Assembly (NCBI RefSeq): GCF_004010195.1
Contig: NC_057719.1
Coordinates: 1,340,195-1,404,194, forward strand
Reading direction: 5' to 3'
From: Chiloscyllium plagiosum
Lineage: Eukaryota
Length of the DNA: 64,000 nt
Made by a program: the position numbers and the translations under genes. Positions within the stretch are counted from its first letter, which is position 1; every line of letters starts with the position of its first letter. A model generated the notes under the pieces. It saw only the letters and a program-made list of their open reading frames with translations. It had not been told where the DNA came from and made no database searches. This document shows, in pieces, positions 11,745-22,686 of this stretch.

Positions 11745-12224
11745 CTTGGTTCAAGACTCTGCAGTGCAAGCTTGAACACACGACCTTCCAGAGAATTGGA
11801 CCGAGGAATACGAAGTAAAACAGATGAGGAAGAAGTTGTGTGCTCGGTTCCAACAGCTCAAAGTTGAGACAGTAGCACAGCATCTTGGCGATATGCTCGA
11901 CAAGCAAGACAGTGAGATAATAGAATAGTATTAGTTGTGGCAGTATTATTAAAAGACAACATTACAGCAGTTGAATGAACATAAAATATCTCTGTTGGAA
12001 GATAAATGAAAAATAAAATAAATTAAGGTAAAGAACTTAGTGCATTCAATATTCATTAAAAAATGTTAATAGACAAATAATGAAGTTTAAGGCAACAAGC
12101 TCTCCATGTTCTGACTTGTTTCTGTCACACCATAGCAAAACAAATGGGAAGGAAATTGTAAAAGCTGTAATATTCTAAAGCTATCTGTATTTGGAAATTA
12201 TTCCATTAAAAGCTTTTTTAAAAA

Positions 12225-12422
12225 TTACCATAATCTTACCAGACCACTGAGAAAGAGATGATGGGTGGAGTTTAATCTAAGGGTCACCACAGTTCAGGCA
12301 AGGGGAGAGGTTGAGAAGGAGAGTCCTTCAAGGTGACCTCAGCCAGTGTGGGAATTGAACCCATGCTGTTAGCATCACTCTGCATTGCAAACCAGCTCTT
12401 CACCCAACTGAACTAACCAACT
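12225..12422 (-). mobile_element. tRNA-derived SINE (third family; other copies at about 25717-25925, 50862-51062, 52000-52175, 57200-57420, all minus)
   Basis: Minus-strand head GGTTAGYTCAGTTGG...GGGTTCAATTCCC. Shared body GGTCACCAC...CAGGYGAGGGGAGAGGTTGAGAAG. Confidence 0.7.
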
Positions 12423-13199
12423 CCCTGTCATTCAATTAGATTGGAACTTGTTAATGTTTTAAAGAAATACAACGTAAGAGCAGGAGCAGGTTATATGGTC
12501 CCGGAAGGCTGCTCACCTTTTCAAAATAGCAACTCCACCTTGATCCAAGGAACTGGCATGGATAGAGGATTGGCTGACTGGCAGAAGGCAGACAGTAGGG
12601 TTAAACAGTGTTTCAGGATGTTAGCCAGTAACTAGGAGTTCTACAGGGGTCAGTGTTGGACTACAGCTATTCATGTTAATACATTAATGAACTGGACGAA
12701 GGAACTGAATGAATGAATTAGCTTTATTGTCACATGTACTCAAATGAGTGCAGCGAAAGTTCTGCAAGTTGTCGCCTTTGGCACCATCTTAGATACAAAC
12801 ATCCCTTGGTACAGCTTTTTCAGTTTCGGTTCTTAGAAAAATAGAGAAATCAAAAGAAAAGTCTAGCATTGCAGGTTCAGGAATAAATCATAAAACTGAG
12901 AAAAAATTAATAGAGAAATAGTCTTTGGACCCGGTCCACATTAATACCCAGCCTCTGGTCTGCACTGGGCCTTGATCCAGACTGAGCCTGGCTTCACCTC
13001 AGGGCTCACGAGGCTGGGTGATCGCTCCGGAATCATTGTGAGACCGGAAATTTCTGAAGCCTTTCCCTTTAGAAAATAGTCTATGCCTCTATTCTCCCTA
13101 TCAAAGTGCACAACCACACACTTTCCCACATTGTACTCTACGTGCCCCTTCTATGCCCACTCTCCTAGCTTGTCCAAATCTTTCTGTAGCCTCCCCAGG

Positions 13200-13930
13200 T
13201 TGACACGACCATTTATAGTTAAACTAGAAAGAGTGCAGAAAAGATTTGCTAGGATACTATGTGGACTGGGAGGTTTGAGTTATAAGGAGAGGTGACAGGC
13301 TGGGACCTTATTCCCAGGAGTGTAGGATACTGTGGGGTGAACTTATAGAGGTTTATAAAATAATGCGAGGCTTAGATAAGGTAGATAGCCAACAGCTTTT
13401 CCCCAGGGTAGGGAAGTTTAAAACTAGAGGGCATAGGTTTAAGGTGAGAGGGGAGAGATACAATAGAGGTAAAAACAATGACTGCAGATGCTGGAAACCA
13501 GATTCTGGATTAGTGGTGCTGGAAGAGCACAGCAATTCAGGCAGCATCCGAGGACAGGCAAAATCCGAGGACGGGCAAAATGCCCGAAACGTCGATTTTG
13601 CCTGTCCTCGGATTTTGCCTGTCCTCGGATGCTGCCTGAATTGCTGTGCTCTTCCAGCACCACTAATCCAGAGATACAATAGAGTCCAGTGGGGCAATTT
13701 TTTCACGCAGAGTGTGGTGAGTGTCTAGAATGGGCTTTCACTCGTAATGGTGGAGGTGAGTACAATTTTGTCATTTATGAAACACTTGGACAGGTACATG
13801 GATGGGATAGGTATGGAGGGATATACACCAAACACAAACCAGTGGGACTGCATTACTTGCGAAAACTGAGTGGCATGGACAAGTTGGGCTGAAGGGCCTG
13901 TTTCTATGCTGTAAACCTCTGGTTCTATAA
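13200..13930 (+). mobile_element. CR1 3' fragment interrupted by a mini-PLE
   Basis: KLERVQKRF, MRGLDKVDSQQLFPRVG...RGHRFKVRG motifs. Confidence 0.85.
13469..13670. mobile_element. Palindromic mini-PLE with 14-bp TSD
   Basis: TSD GAGATACAATAGAG at 13455-13468 and 13671-13684. Arms meet at the hammerhead stem II GGGCAAAATGCCC. Confidence 0.9.
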
Positions 13931-15014
13931 GTTTGTGCTTTAGCATACAGGCAATTCCTGGGGACCATACACTCTCTCTAAGCAGGTGTTTGGTTTCCCT
14001 GGTCACCTTCAGATTTAAGTTGATAACACACTCTTTCAATGATGTACAATAATGATGCAATAGATCGAATGCAATGATTATTTGTAACTGTCAGCGCATT
14101 ATGAACATTGTTAAGTTCTTGCATGCAAGTGATTTTGTTTGTAAACATTCTGGGAATTGGATCTTTCTAGTTTATGATTTTGTAGCTTTCATACCACTGC
14201 GGCCCAGAAAGGGTCAGAGTGTACAAACACAGATAAGCAGCAGTAAACAGGGTCACAGACAGAAAGAAAAGGGATAAATTCAAAATGAACGACTCTCTAC
14301 TGGAGTGTAAACAGTATTTGGAACAAAATAAATGAACTAACGACCCAAATACAGGTACATGGTATGATTTTATAGGTTTTGCGGAGACATGGGTCAGAAG
14401 GAAATCAAAACTGGGAACTAAATACTGTGTACAGGATATGTGACTTTTTGAAAGGACAGGCAGTAAGGAAAGGGTGGAGAGAGTATCTTTATTATTACAA
14501 AATGGAATAAGTATGATTGACAAGAACTGATCCCAGATTGGATGATGTAGAATCTATGTGGGTGAAGTAAGGAAATAAAAAAGACCAGTTTGCCAGTAGG
14601 AGTAGCCAATATGCCCCTAATGGTGACTATACAGTGGGACAGAGAATACATCAGAAGATAATGGACATATGAAAAAGGCAGTACATTAATCATGGATTTC
14701 TTTAATCTTGATGTAGGTTAGGATTGTCAGATCGGCAGATCCTGCTGTGTGGATGCTGCCTGACCTGCCGTGCTTTTCCAGCACAATTCTAATCTAGATT
14801 ATGTTATAGGTATACAAAATCCTTGAGCCCACTGTGAATACTGTGAACTGACCTGGGCACCACACCTTAGGAAGGATAGATTGACCTTTGAAGGGAAAAC
14901 AACATAAATTTACAAGTGGACTTCAAGGGTTGGGTTATGAGGAGAGATTATATGAATTAGGTTTGTTTTCTCTAGAATTTAGAAGATCAAGGGTGATCTG
15001 ATTGAAGTCAAAGA

Positions 15015-15705
15015 GTCACAGAGATGTACAGCATGGAAGCAGACCCTTTAATCCAACACATCCATGCTGAATAGGTATCTTAAATTAATCTGGTTCAACT
15101 CGCCAGTATTTGGCCCATATTCCTCTAAACCCTTCCAATCCAGATGCCTTTTAAATGTTGTAATTGTACCAGCCTCCATCACTTCCTCTCGCAGCTCATT
15201 CCATACACGTACCACCTTATGTATGAAAAAGTTGCCACTTAGTTCCCTTTTAAATCTTTCTCCTCTCATCTTAAACCTATTTCCTTTAGTTTTGGACTCC
15301 CCTACCCTGGGGAAAAGAATTGGCTGTTCACTCTATCCATGCCCCTCATGATCTCCAGCATCTGCAGACCTCACTTTCTCCTCATGATTTTATAAACTTC
15401 AATAAGGTCAGCCCTCTGTTTCAGATGGCAGGAGAATTGCCCCAACCTATTTAGCCTCTCCATGTAGCTCAAACCTAAGAGCACGCAAAACAAACCTTTT
15501 CACTGTATTTAGGTTCATGTGACAACAATAAGTCAAATCAAATCCTCTAACCGGCAACACCCTTATAAATCTTTTCTGTACCCTTTCAAGTTTAACAACA
15601 TCTTTCCTATAGTAGGGAGACCAGAATTGAATGCAGTATTCTAAAAGTGGCCTAACCAATATTCTTACAGCTGCAACATGACCTCCCAACTCCTACTCAA
15701 TACAC
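15015..15705 (-). mobile_element. CR1 3' fragment containing two micro-insertions (PLE tail at 15353-15379; Rex1-type 3' end at about 15480-15544)
   Basis: LVRPLLEYCIQFWSP and MRGERFKR motifs. Confidence 0.85.
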
Positions 15706-16459
15706 TGAAGTTTTCGAGATATAACAGGAAAATACAGGGTAGGCAGAGATAAACTATTTCTAATAGTTGGGTGTTTGAGCGCTAGGGGGCATAGTCTAAA
15801 CATTAGGTCCAGACTAAAGGAGTGGTAGATGTTTGGAACTCTCTTCCACAAACTGCAGTGGATGCTGGATCAGTTGTCAATTTTAAAATTGAGATGGATG
15901 ATTTTTTTGTTAATCAAAGGTATGAAAGGATGTAAGCCAAAGGATATGGAGTTAGTCCACAGGTTAGCCATGATCTCATTGAATGGTAGAACTGGCTCAA
16001 AGGGCAGAATGGCCTACTCCTGTTCCTGTGATGCTGTTGAATGAAATTAGTGTTTCAAATATCCCAACAATATTCTAAGATTATTTGGGAAAATGCTCCA
16101 ATTTCCTGATTTCTGGGGAATAGGATAGCCCCAGGGTTAGAATCATAAAATTCCAACAGTACAGAAAGAGCACTGAATCAGCACTGAACCTCCAAAGAGC
16201 ATTCTACCCAGACCCACTGCTCACCACCCCATTCCCATAATCCCTCATGGAATTTTTACCGTGGCTAATCTGCACATTGCTGGACACTATGGGACTTTTT
16301 TTGCATAGCCAATCCACCTAACCTGCACAAAAGAGTCGTAGAGTCACACAGCACAGAAATATACCCTTCGGTCCAACTAGTCCATGCTGAACATAATCCC
16401 AAACTAAATTAGACTCACCAACTCCTCCTGGCTCATATCTCTCATATACTTATCAAAGT

Positions 16460-17786
16460 CGGAGGGTGGGTAGGCCACCCTGATGCCAGTTGCCCCGAGA
16501 GCCAGATGGTGGGTAGGCTGTTCTGAGCACTGTCGTCCCGATAAGGGGTAATCGGGACGGGCTGTCCTAGAGGTGGTCAAAAGGTGTCAGAGCAGCCAAG
16601 AGTCAGAAGGTGCGTAGGGGCGGGCTGAGATCCGGAAGGCTTGTGAGCTACCATACACGCTGTCATCCCAGGGAAGGGGACGGGCTGTCCTAGAGGTGGC
16701 CGAAAGGTGTGCCAGGATAGCCCACTGGTCGGAGGTGCAACGGGGTGGGTGAGAGCCCAATGGTACGTAGGGGCAGACCGAGAGCCAGAAGGCGGGTAGC
16801 CGTCCTCGGCGCTGTCACCCCGGGCAGGTACCGGGGCGGGCTGCCCCAGAGGTGGTCGGAAGGTGCTGAGGGTGGTTAGTGAAGCCGGAAGGTGGGTAGG
16901 CCGTCCTGACTGCTGTCACCCTGGGCGGGTACCAGGGCGGGCTGTCCTAGAGGTGGTCGAAAGGTGTCAGAGCAGCCGAGAGCCAGAAGGCATGAACTCC
17001 TGGGTTTCCCCTTATTTCTGGTAGGCAATTTTTTTTTTAATCGTGAATATGGGCACAAAAACTTAAGTAGGCATTCAATGGAGGATATTGCTGTTTTGAT
17101 TCAGTGGTGTTACATTTGTGCAACTCCTCGATGGCAAATGGTGTTCCATTCACATTGATGACCTGGGTTGAAGTGTTTTGAGGCGGAAGATGAGCTGTTC
17201 TTCCTCCAGGCATCAGGTGGTGAGGGAGGATTGGTGCTTCAACTTGCTGGTCTACTGCTCTGGTCTTCAGTATTTAAAACCAATTGATATTTCTGTCGCA
17301 ACAAAGCAGAAATGTGCCTGCAATTGAGTAGTCTAATGATTAATGCTAGATTACCTCTGACTCGAATGCCTAAGTGGCTGAGCCTATAATGTGATGAACC
17401 CTGTAGTGTAAAGAGTTAATTGTTGTCAGGGCGGACCGAGAACTGGAAGGGGCATGGGGTGGACCGAGAACCGGAAGGTGGATAGGGGCGGGCTTCCTTA
17501 GTGGTCGGAAGGTGGGAGGGGTGGGAGCTTGCTGAGTCTGTATTGTCTGCACTTTTGTATGTAACAGTACTGTGTAATGTACAACTGTCATTGCTGTTGT
17601 CTCTTTATATCTTTATGTGAAACTGGGATTTGAAGTTTGTCCTCATGTCCCTGTAAACTGTTTGAACGGTAGGGTTTGGGGCCTGGCTTTGCTGCTCCTC
17701 TCCCTTGTAAAATTGCTGTCTCTTGTATGCAGCTGTAAATGTAACTGTTTGTTGTAAACTGCTTTTGTAATTTGTTTAATAAAATA
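16460..17786 (+). mobile_element. Non-coding composite VNTR-containing insertion with perfect 16-bp TSD
   Basis: TSD ATATACTTATCAAAGT at 16444-16459 and 17787-17802. GC-rich irregular repeats, an internal PLE fragment and a TGTA-rich 3' end with AATAAA at 17778. Confidence 0.75.
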
Positions 17787-18361
17787 ATATACTTATCAAA
17801 GTGTCTTTTGAACATTGCAACTGTGCCTGCATCCATCACTTCCTCAGGACTTTCAGTCCACACAGGAACCACCCTCTGTGTAAAAAAATTGCCTCTCATG
17901 TCTTTTTAAATCTCTCTCCTCTCATCTTAAAAATGTGCTCCCTGGTCTTGAAGTCCCACATCCTAGGGAAAAGATAACTACCATTAACTCTATCTATATC
18001 CCTCATTATTTTATAAACTTCTCTAAGGTCACCTCTCAACTCCTACACTCCAGTGAAAAAGGTCCCAGCTCACCCAGCCTCTCTTTATAACTCAAACCTT
18101 TCATACCAGCAACATCCTGGTAAATCTCTTCTGAACCCTCTCCAGCTTAATAATATCCTTCCTATAACTGAGTGACCAGAACCCTCACCAATGTCCTGTA
18201 CAAACTCAAGATAACTTCTCAACTCCTATACTCAAAGGACTGAGGAAATAAGGCAAATATGCCAAACACCTGTCTTTATGTGATGCAAACTTCAAAGAAT
18301 TCTGGAGATGAACCCTGACAGTACAACACTACCCAAGCCCTACCATTAATTGTATATCAAC

Positions 18362-18763
18362 TAGGCGACAATGAGGACTGCAGATGCTGGAAATCAGAGT
18401 CTGATGAAGGGCTTAAGCCCGAAATGTTGATTCTCCTGCTCCTTGGATGCTGCCTGAGCTGCTGTCCTTTTCCAGCACTACACTCTTGACATTGCTTGTA
18501 TGTTCTGGATCAGTGGTGCTGGAAGAGCACAGCAGTTCAGGCAGCATCCAAGGAGCTTCGAAATCGACGTTTCGGGCAAAAGCTCTTCATCAGGAAAAAA
18601 GGCAGTGAGCCTGAAGCATGGAGAGATAAGCTAGAGGAGGGTGGGGGTGGGGAGAAAGTAGCATAGAGTACAATGGGTGAGTGGGGGAAGGGATGAAGGT
18701 GATAGGTCAGGGAGGAGAGGGTGGAGTGGATAGGTGGAAAAGGAGATAGGCAGGTAGGACAAG
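18362..18763. mobile_element. Rearranged PLE composite (tail, pLTR and a second-subfamily pLTR in mixed orientations)
   Basis: Hammerhead motifs at 18411 (+) and about 18564-18595 (-). Flanks ATTGTATAT/ATTGTATGT. Confidence 0.75.
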
Positions 18764-18861
18764 ATTGTATGTGCCCTACTCTTAATGTTGTACCAAAACA
18801 CAATTCTTCACACATTGAGCTGCATCTGCCATTTTTCAGCCCATTGACCAAGATCCCTTAC

Positions 18862-18998
18862 ATGTGTGAGGAAACCTGAAGAAAGCCCACATAGACACAG
18901 AACATGCAAACTCCATATAGATAGCAGCCCAAGACTGGAATTGAACCTGGGTTTGTGAGGCTGTGAGGCAGTAGTGCTAACCACTGTGCTCCCATGCC
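18862..18998 (-). mobile_element. HE1-like V-SINE 5' fragment
   Basis: Degenerate A/B boxes and part of the V-domain. Confidence 0.7.
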
Positions 18999-19342
18999 AA
19001 GAGCTTGTTATCTAGTTTTGATCCATGACTTTGATATATAACAGGATCCATATTGAGCCAATTGTCACTGTCACAAGTGGATGTTTACTGTATCCAAAAC
19101 AGGCCTCAAAAGTATGTTAGAGTCATATGTCTCTATTTTAGTTACATTCCCTCACCTTTTGCTGTCTAACCATACTGTTAAGAATATTTATGGTTGATAT
19201 TTTTGATGAATGACAAACGTTACAGCCTTTGTATTGTTTATTAGTACAAATATTCTATCCTGTTTGGTTCAGTTATTTGGCAAACTAGATTGATGCCATC
19301 AGCATTGGATTTGATCCCCTGTTCTGGTTGAAATAGGGATCT

Positions 19343-19470
19343 AGGCAGAAGTGGGTACTGCAGATACTGGAGATTAGAGTCAAGATTAGAGTGGTGCTGG
19401 AAAACCACAACAGGTCAGGCAACATCTGAGGAGCAGGAAAATTAACATTTCGGGCAAAAGCCCTTCACCA
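19343..19470 (-). mobile_element. PLE pLTR + tail truncated at the hammerhead core; 14-bp TSD
   Basis: TSD TGAAATAGGGATCT at 19329-19342 and 19471-19484. Confidence 0.85.
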
Positions 19471-19556
19471 TGAAATAGGGATCTGCCTCTTGTGGTTGCC
19501 CTTTGCGCCAGCAGAGAACTTGAAGAATTACAGTTGAGCAGTGGCCTGGAGTATTC

Positions 19557-19745
19557 AGGCAGCAAGGTAGCTCAGTGGTTAGCACTGCTGCCTTACAGTA
19601 CCAGGAGAACTGGGTTCGATTCCACCTTCAAGCTCCTGCCTGTGAGGGGCTTGCACATTCTCCTGGTGTCTGTCTGGGTCAGACAGATGGGGTAGGGGTC
19701 GGGCTAGGATGCAGTCACTGGGGGCCGAATGGCTCGTCTGCACAC
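19557..19745 (+). mobile_element. Degenerate HE1-like V-SINE
   Basis: TAGCTCAGTGGTTAGCACTGCTGCC...GGTTCGATTCC. Confidence 0.65.
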
Positions 19746-20168
19746 TGGCCTGCAGAGGCAGCACATGTTGTTTCTGGTGCGGCCCCTTTAACTGGCAGCA
19801 CGTGGTTACACTCAAACATGGCCTGTGGACCTAAGCAACAAGGAGGGGGGGGGGGCTGGAGTCACAGAATAATAACTTACAATAAACAATTCTGCTCGAA
19901 GTAGGGAGGCTACTTCGCAACGCTGATTATTATAAACTTAAATAAAAAGTGGAGATGTTGGCTGTATTTATTTTAATAATTTGCAGTTTCTCCCTCGCCA
20001 CTCTATTGAGCTCCCCACACAACCCCCCCCCCTTGATAGTTGGTGAATGAGCGATTCCGGGCCAGAGGCTCAGTCTGAGGCTGAACGGCGGCGGGGACGG
20101 AGCCCGGGACCGGGACAGGGACCGGGGCCTAGGGACAGGAGAGGGACCGGGGACCGGAGACTGGAACG

Positions 20169-20249
20169 GAGCCCGAGCCCGGGACAGGGACTGGAGACCG
20201 AGCCCGAGCCCGGGACAGGGACTGGAGACCGAGCCCGAGCCCGGGACAG
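20169..20249 (+). repeat. 31-bp GC-rich tandem repeat (about 2.6 copies) upstream of the BRF1 ATG
   Basis: GAGCCCGAGCCCGGGACAGGGACTGGAGACC at 20169, 20200 and a partial copy at 20231. Confidence 0.85.
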
Positions 20250-20490
20250 AGACCGGGGCCTAGGGACCGGGACCGGGGCCGGGGCCGGGGACCGGAGACA
20301 GGGACAGGAGCCCGCCGGGGGGTGTCTGTGAGGGGGACACCGGGGCCCGGAGCTGAGGCACCTCCCTCGGGGGGTGGGGAGGGAGTGTGAGAGACAAAGA
20401 GGAATTCCCGGCCCCCGATCGCCGAGAAGCCTCGGGCTTTCCTGCGGAGAGTATCGGGAGCCTGGTGGCGGGTCGCCGGGGCGGGTCACC

Positions 20491-20677
20491 ATGTCGAGCT
20501 CCCGGGTTTGCCGAACCTGCGGCTGCACGGACATTGACATTGACCAGGCCCGGGGCGATGCGGTCTGTACGGCCTGTGGCTCCGTGCTCGAGGATAACAT
20601 CATCGTCTCCGAGGTACAGTTCGTGGAGAACAGCGGCGGCGGCTCCTCGGCTGTTGGACAGTTCGTCTCCTCGGACA
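20491..20677 (+). CDS. BRF1: BRF1 (RNA polymerase III transcription factor IIIB 90 kDa subunit), first coding exon (TFIIB-type Zn ribbon)
   Basis: GTCACC-ATG at 20491. Translation [62 protein letters not shown] has CxxC...CxxC and the vertebrate BRF1 N-terminal motif [18 protein letters not shown]. Phase-1 donor A|GTGAGT at 20678. Confidence 0.95.
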
Positions 20678-20905
20678 GTGAGTACATTAAAGCCGCCAGC
20701 ATCACCCCCCCCCCGCTGCACAACACACCACACCACACTCCTGCACTCTCACTTAACATCTATCATTTATTTTGCTGGTGCATTGTTATTGTTTCCGAAT
20801 GCATGCAACATCTACTTTCTGCAACTGCAGAGATTTAACTCCATGATGACTGCACCGTTGAAAGTCTGGGTTCCTGAAACAGGAGTGGACTAGGTGGGCC
20901 AAATG

Positions 20906-21131
20906 CTGAAAAATGTGTTGCTGGAAAAGCGCAGCAGGTCAGGCAGCATCCCAAGGAACAGGAGAATCGACGTTTCGGGCACGAGCCCTTCTTCAGGAAG
21001 GGCTCGCGAAGAAGGGCTCACGCCCGAAACGTAGATTCTCCTGTTCCCTGGATGCTGCCTGACCTGCTGCGCTTTTCCAGCAACACATTTTCAGCTCTGA
21101 TCTCCAGCATCTGCAGATCTCACTTTCTCCA
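20906..21131. mobile_element. Palindromic mini-PLE in BRF1 intron 1, 14-bp TSD (1 mismatch)
   Basis: AG(G/A)TGGGCCAAATG at 20892-20905 and 21132-21145. Arms of about 90 bp pivot at the hammerhead region. Confidence 0.85.
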
Positions 21132-22046
21132 AGATGGGCCAAATGGCCTGTTCCACACTAGGGACTCTGTGAGGAGTACTGTGGGCTAATTGGCTGGCCT
21201 CAATGGACCAATGTGAGCATCCAACTGAGTACCCCATAACCTTTCATCCCTTTAGCCCTAGTTATTTCATCCTTCTTGGAAACATTCGGTCTTTTGCCTA
21301 AACCACTTAGTGCGACAGATAATTCCAAAGGCTTGCCACTCTGGGTGAAGGAATTTGAATTGAATTGAATTGAATTTATTGTCCCAGGCACAGTGAAAAG
21401 CTGTCTTGTGAGCAATACAGGCAGATCCCAGAGTTAAGTAGCATAGATAAGTAAATAATAAGTAAACAGTCACAAAAACATGGATACAGGTGAATGTTAA
21501 GAGTTTGTGAATCCATTCTGTATTCTAACAACAGTAGGGTAGAAACTGTTTTGAAACCGGCTGGTGTGTGTGTGTTCAGGCTTCTGTACCTTCTTGTTGT
21601 GGTTCTGATCGCCGAGCTGGGAATTTGTGTTGCAGACGGTTTGAATCTGTCGCTTCCGGTTGTCATCGTCTCCGAGGTACAGTGAAATACAGTGAAAAAC
21701 ACAGAAATAGAGAACACACACCGGATCATCAACACCACACTCACAGGAATCCAATTCACTAGAGAGGAAGAAAAGGACAACCAACTCCCATTCCTAGACG
21801 TGATGGTACAGAGAACACTGAAAGGAGAATTCACCACAAAGGTATACAGGAAAGCCACACACACAGACCAAGTCCTAAACTACGAAAGCAACCACCCCAA
21901 CACACACAAAAGAAGTTGCATCAAGACACTATTCAAAAGGGCCACAACACACTGCAGCACACCAGAACTGCAAAAAGAGGAAGAAGAACACCTATACAAT
22001 GCATTCGCCAAAAACGGATACCCCCGCAATTTCATCAACAGATGCC

Positions 22047-22056
22047 NNNNNNNNNN
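22047..22056. other. Assembly gap (10 N)
   Basis: Run of n. Confidence 1.
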
Positions 22057-22212
22057 TCTAGGTGACATCCTCAGTGCTTGGGAGCCTCCTGTGAAGCGCT
22101 TCTGTGATCTTTCCTCCGGCATTTGTAGTGGTTTGAATCTGCCGCTTCCGGTTGTCAACGACTACAAATGGCGGAGGAAAGACCACAGAAGCGCTTCACA
22201 GGAGGCTCCCAA

Positions 22213-22252
22213 GCACTGAGGATGTCACCTAGACAGGGGACGAAACGTCTGC
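22213..22252 (+). ncRNA. Minimal hammerhead ribozyme motif in a Poseidon-type pLTR, sense to BRF1 pre-mRNA
   Basis: Stem I GCA/TGC, CTGAGGA, stem II GTC-A-CCT-AGAC-AGG-G-GAC, GAAAC, GTC (predicted cleavage after 22249). Confidence 0.8.
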
Positions 22253-22369
22253 AACACAAATTCCCAGCTCAGCGAACAGAACCACAACAACGAGCACCCG
22301 AGCTACAAATCTTCTCTCAAATTTTGTACCTTCTCCCTAATGGTAGAGGTTGTAGAAAAGCATTCCTAT

Positions 22370-22686
22370 GGGCGGCACGGTGGCGCAGTGGTTAGCACTG
22401 CTGCCTCACAGTGCCAGAGGGCCGGGTTCAATTCCCGCCTCAGGCGACTGATTGTGTGGAGTTTGTACATTCTCCCCGTGTCTGCGTGGGTTTCCTCCGG
22501 GTGCTCCGGTTTCCGCCCACAGTCCAAAGATGTGCAGGTCAGGTGAATTGGCCATGCTAAATTGTCCGTAGTGTTAGGTAAGGGATAAATGTAGGGGTAT
22601 GGGTGGGTTGCGCTTCGGCGGGTCGGTGTGGATTTGTTGGGCCGAAGGGCCTGTTTCCACACTGTAATCTAATCTTAAAAAAAATC
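22370..22686 (+). mobile_element. HE1-like V-SINE, full length
   Basis: A box, B box GGTTCAATTCC, V-domain, TAATC tail. Confidence 0.9.

Larger units (their letters stand above)
16335..18850 (-). mobile_element. CR1 3' fragment split by a 1.3-kb composite insertion and a PLE composite
   Basis: CR1 pieces at 16335-16459, 17787-18357 and 18764-18850 are collinear. Confidence 0.75.
20040..20720 (+). promoter_or_regulatory. CpG/GC-rich island spanning the BRF1 promoter, 5'UTR and exon 1
   Basis: Abrupt high GC and CpG density against a CpG-depleted background, centred on the BRF1 start codon. TSS cannot be located from sequence. Confidence 0.75.
21595..22324 (+). mobile_element. Poseidon-type PLE, rearranged (inverted pLTR pieces, RT-thumb fragment, assembly gap); 10-bp TSD
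   Basis: TSD TGTACCTTCT at 21585-21594 and 22325-22334. Peptide TGIQFTREEEKDNQLPFLDV...VYRKATHTDQVLNYESNHP...NGYP. Confidence 0.88.

Noticed and set aside
13469..13670. Palindromic elements as DNA-transposon MITEs or miRNA genes
   Set aside because: Variable long TSDs, a one-sided tail and identity to PLE pLTRs indicate retrotransposition
19897..19917. Hairpin CGAAGTAG-ggagg-CTACTTCG upstream of BRF1
   Set aside because: An 8-bp stem is within chance for a 64-kb window
20070..20759. Antisense 229-aa ORF over BRF1 exon 1
   Set aside because: Expected from GC-rich, stop-poor sequence, with no recognisable domain
20374..20838. 154-aa ORF as an N- and C-terminally extended BRF1
   Set aside because: It starts at a GTG. 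Homology begins at the Kozak ATG (20491) and ends at the splice donor (20678).
22370..22445. tRNA genes (A/B-box sequences here and at other SINE heads)
   Set aside because: Each continues into a SINE body and tail, and I see no complete cloverleaf
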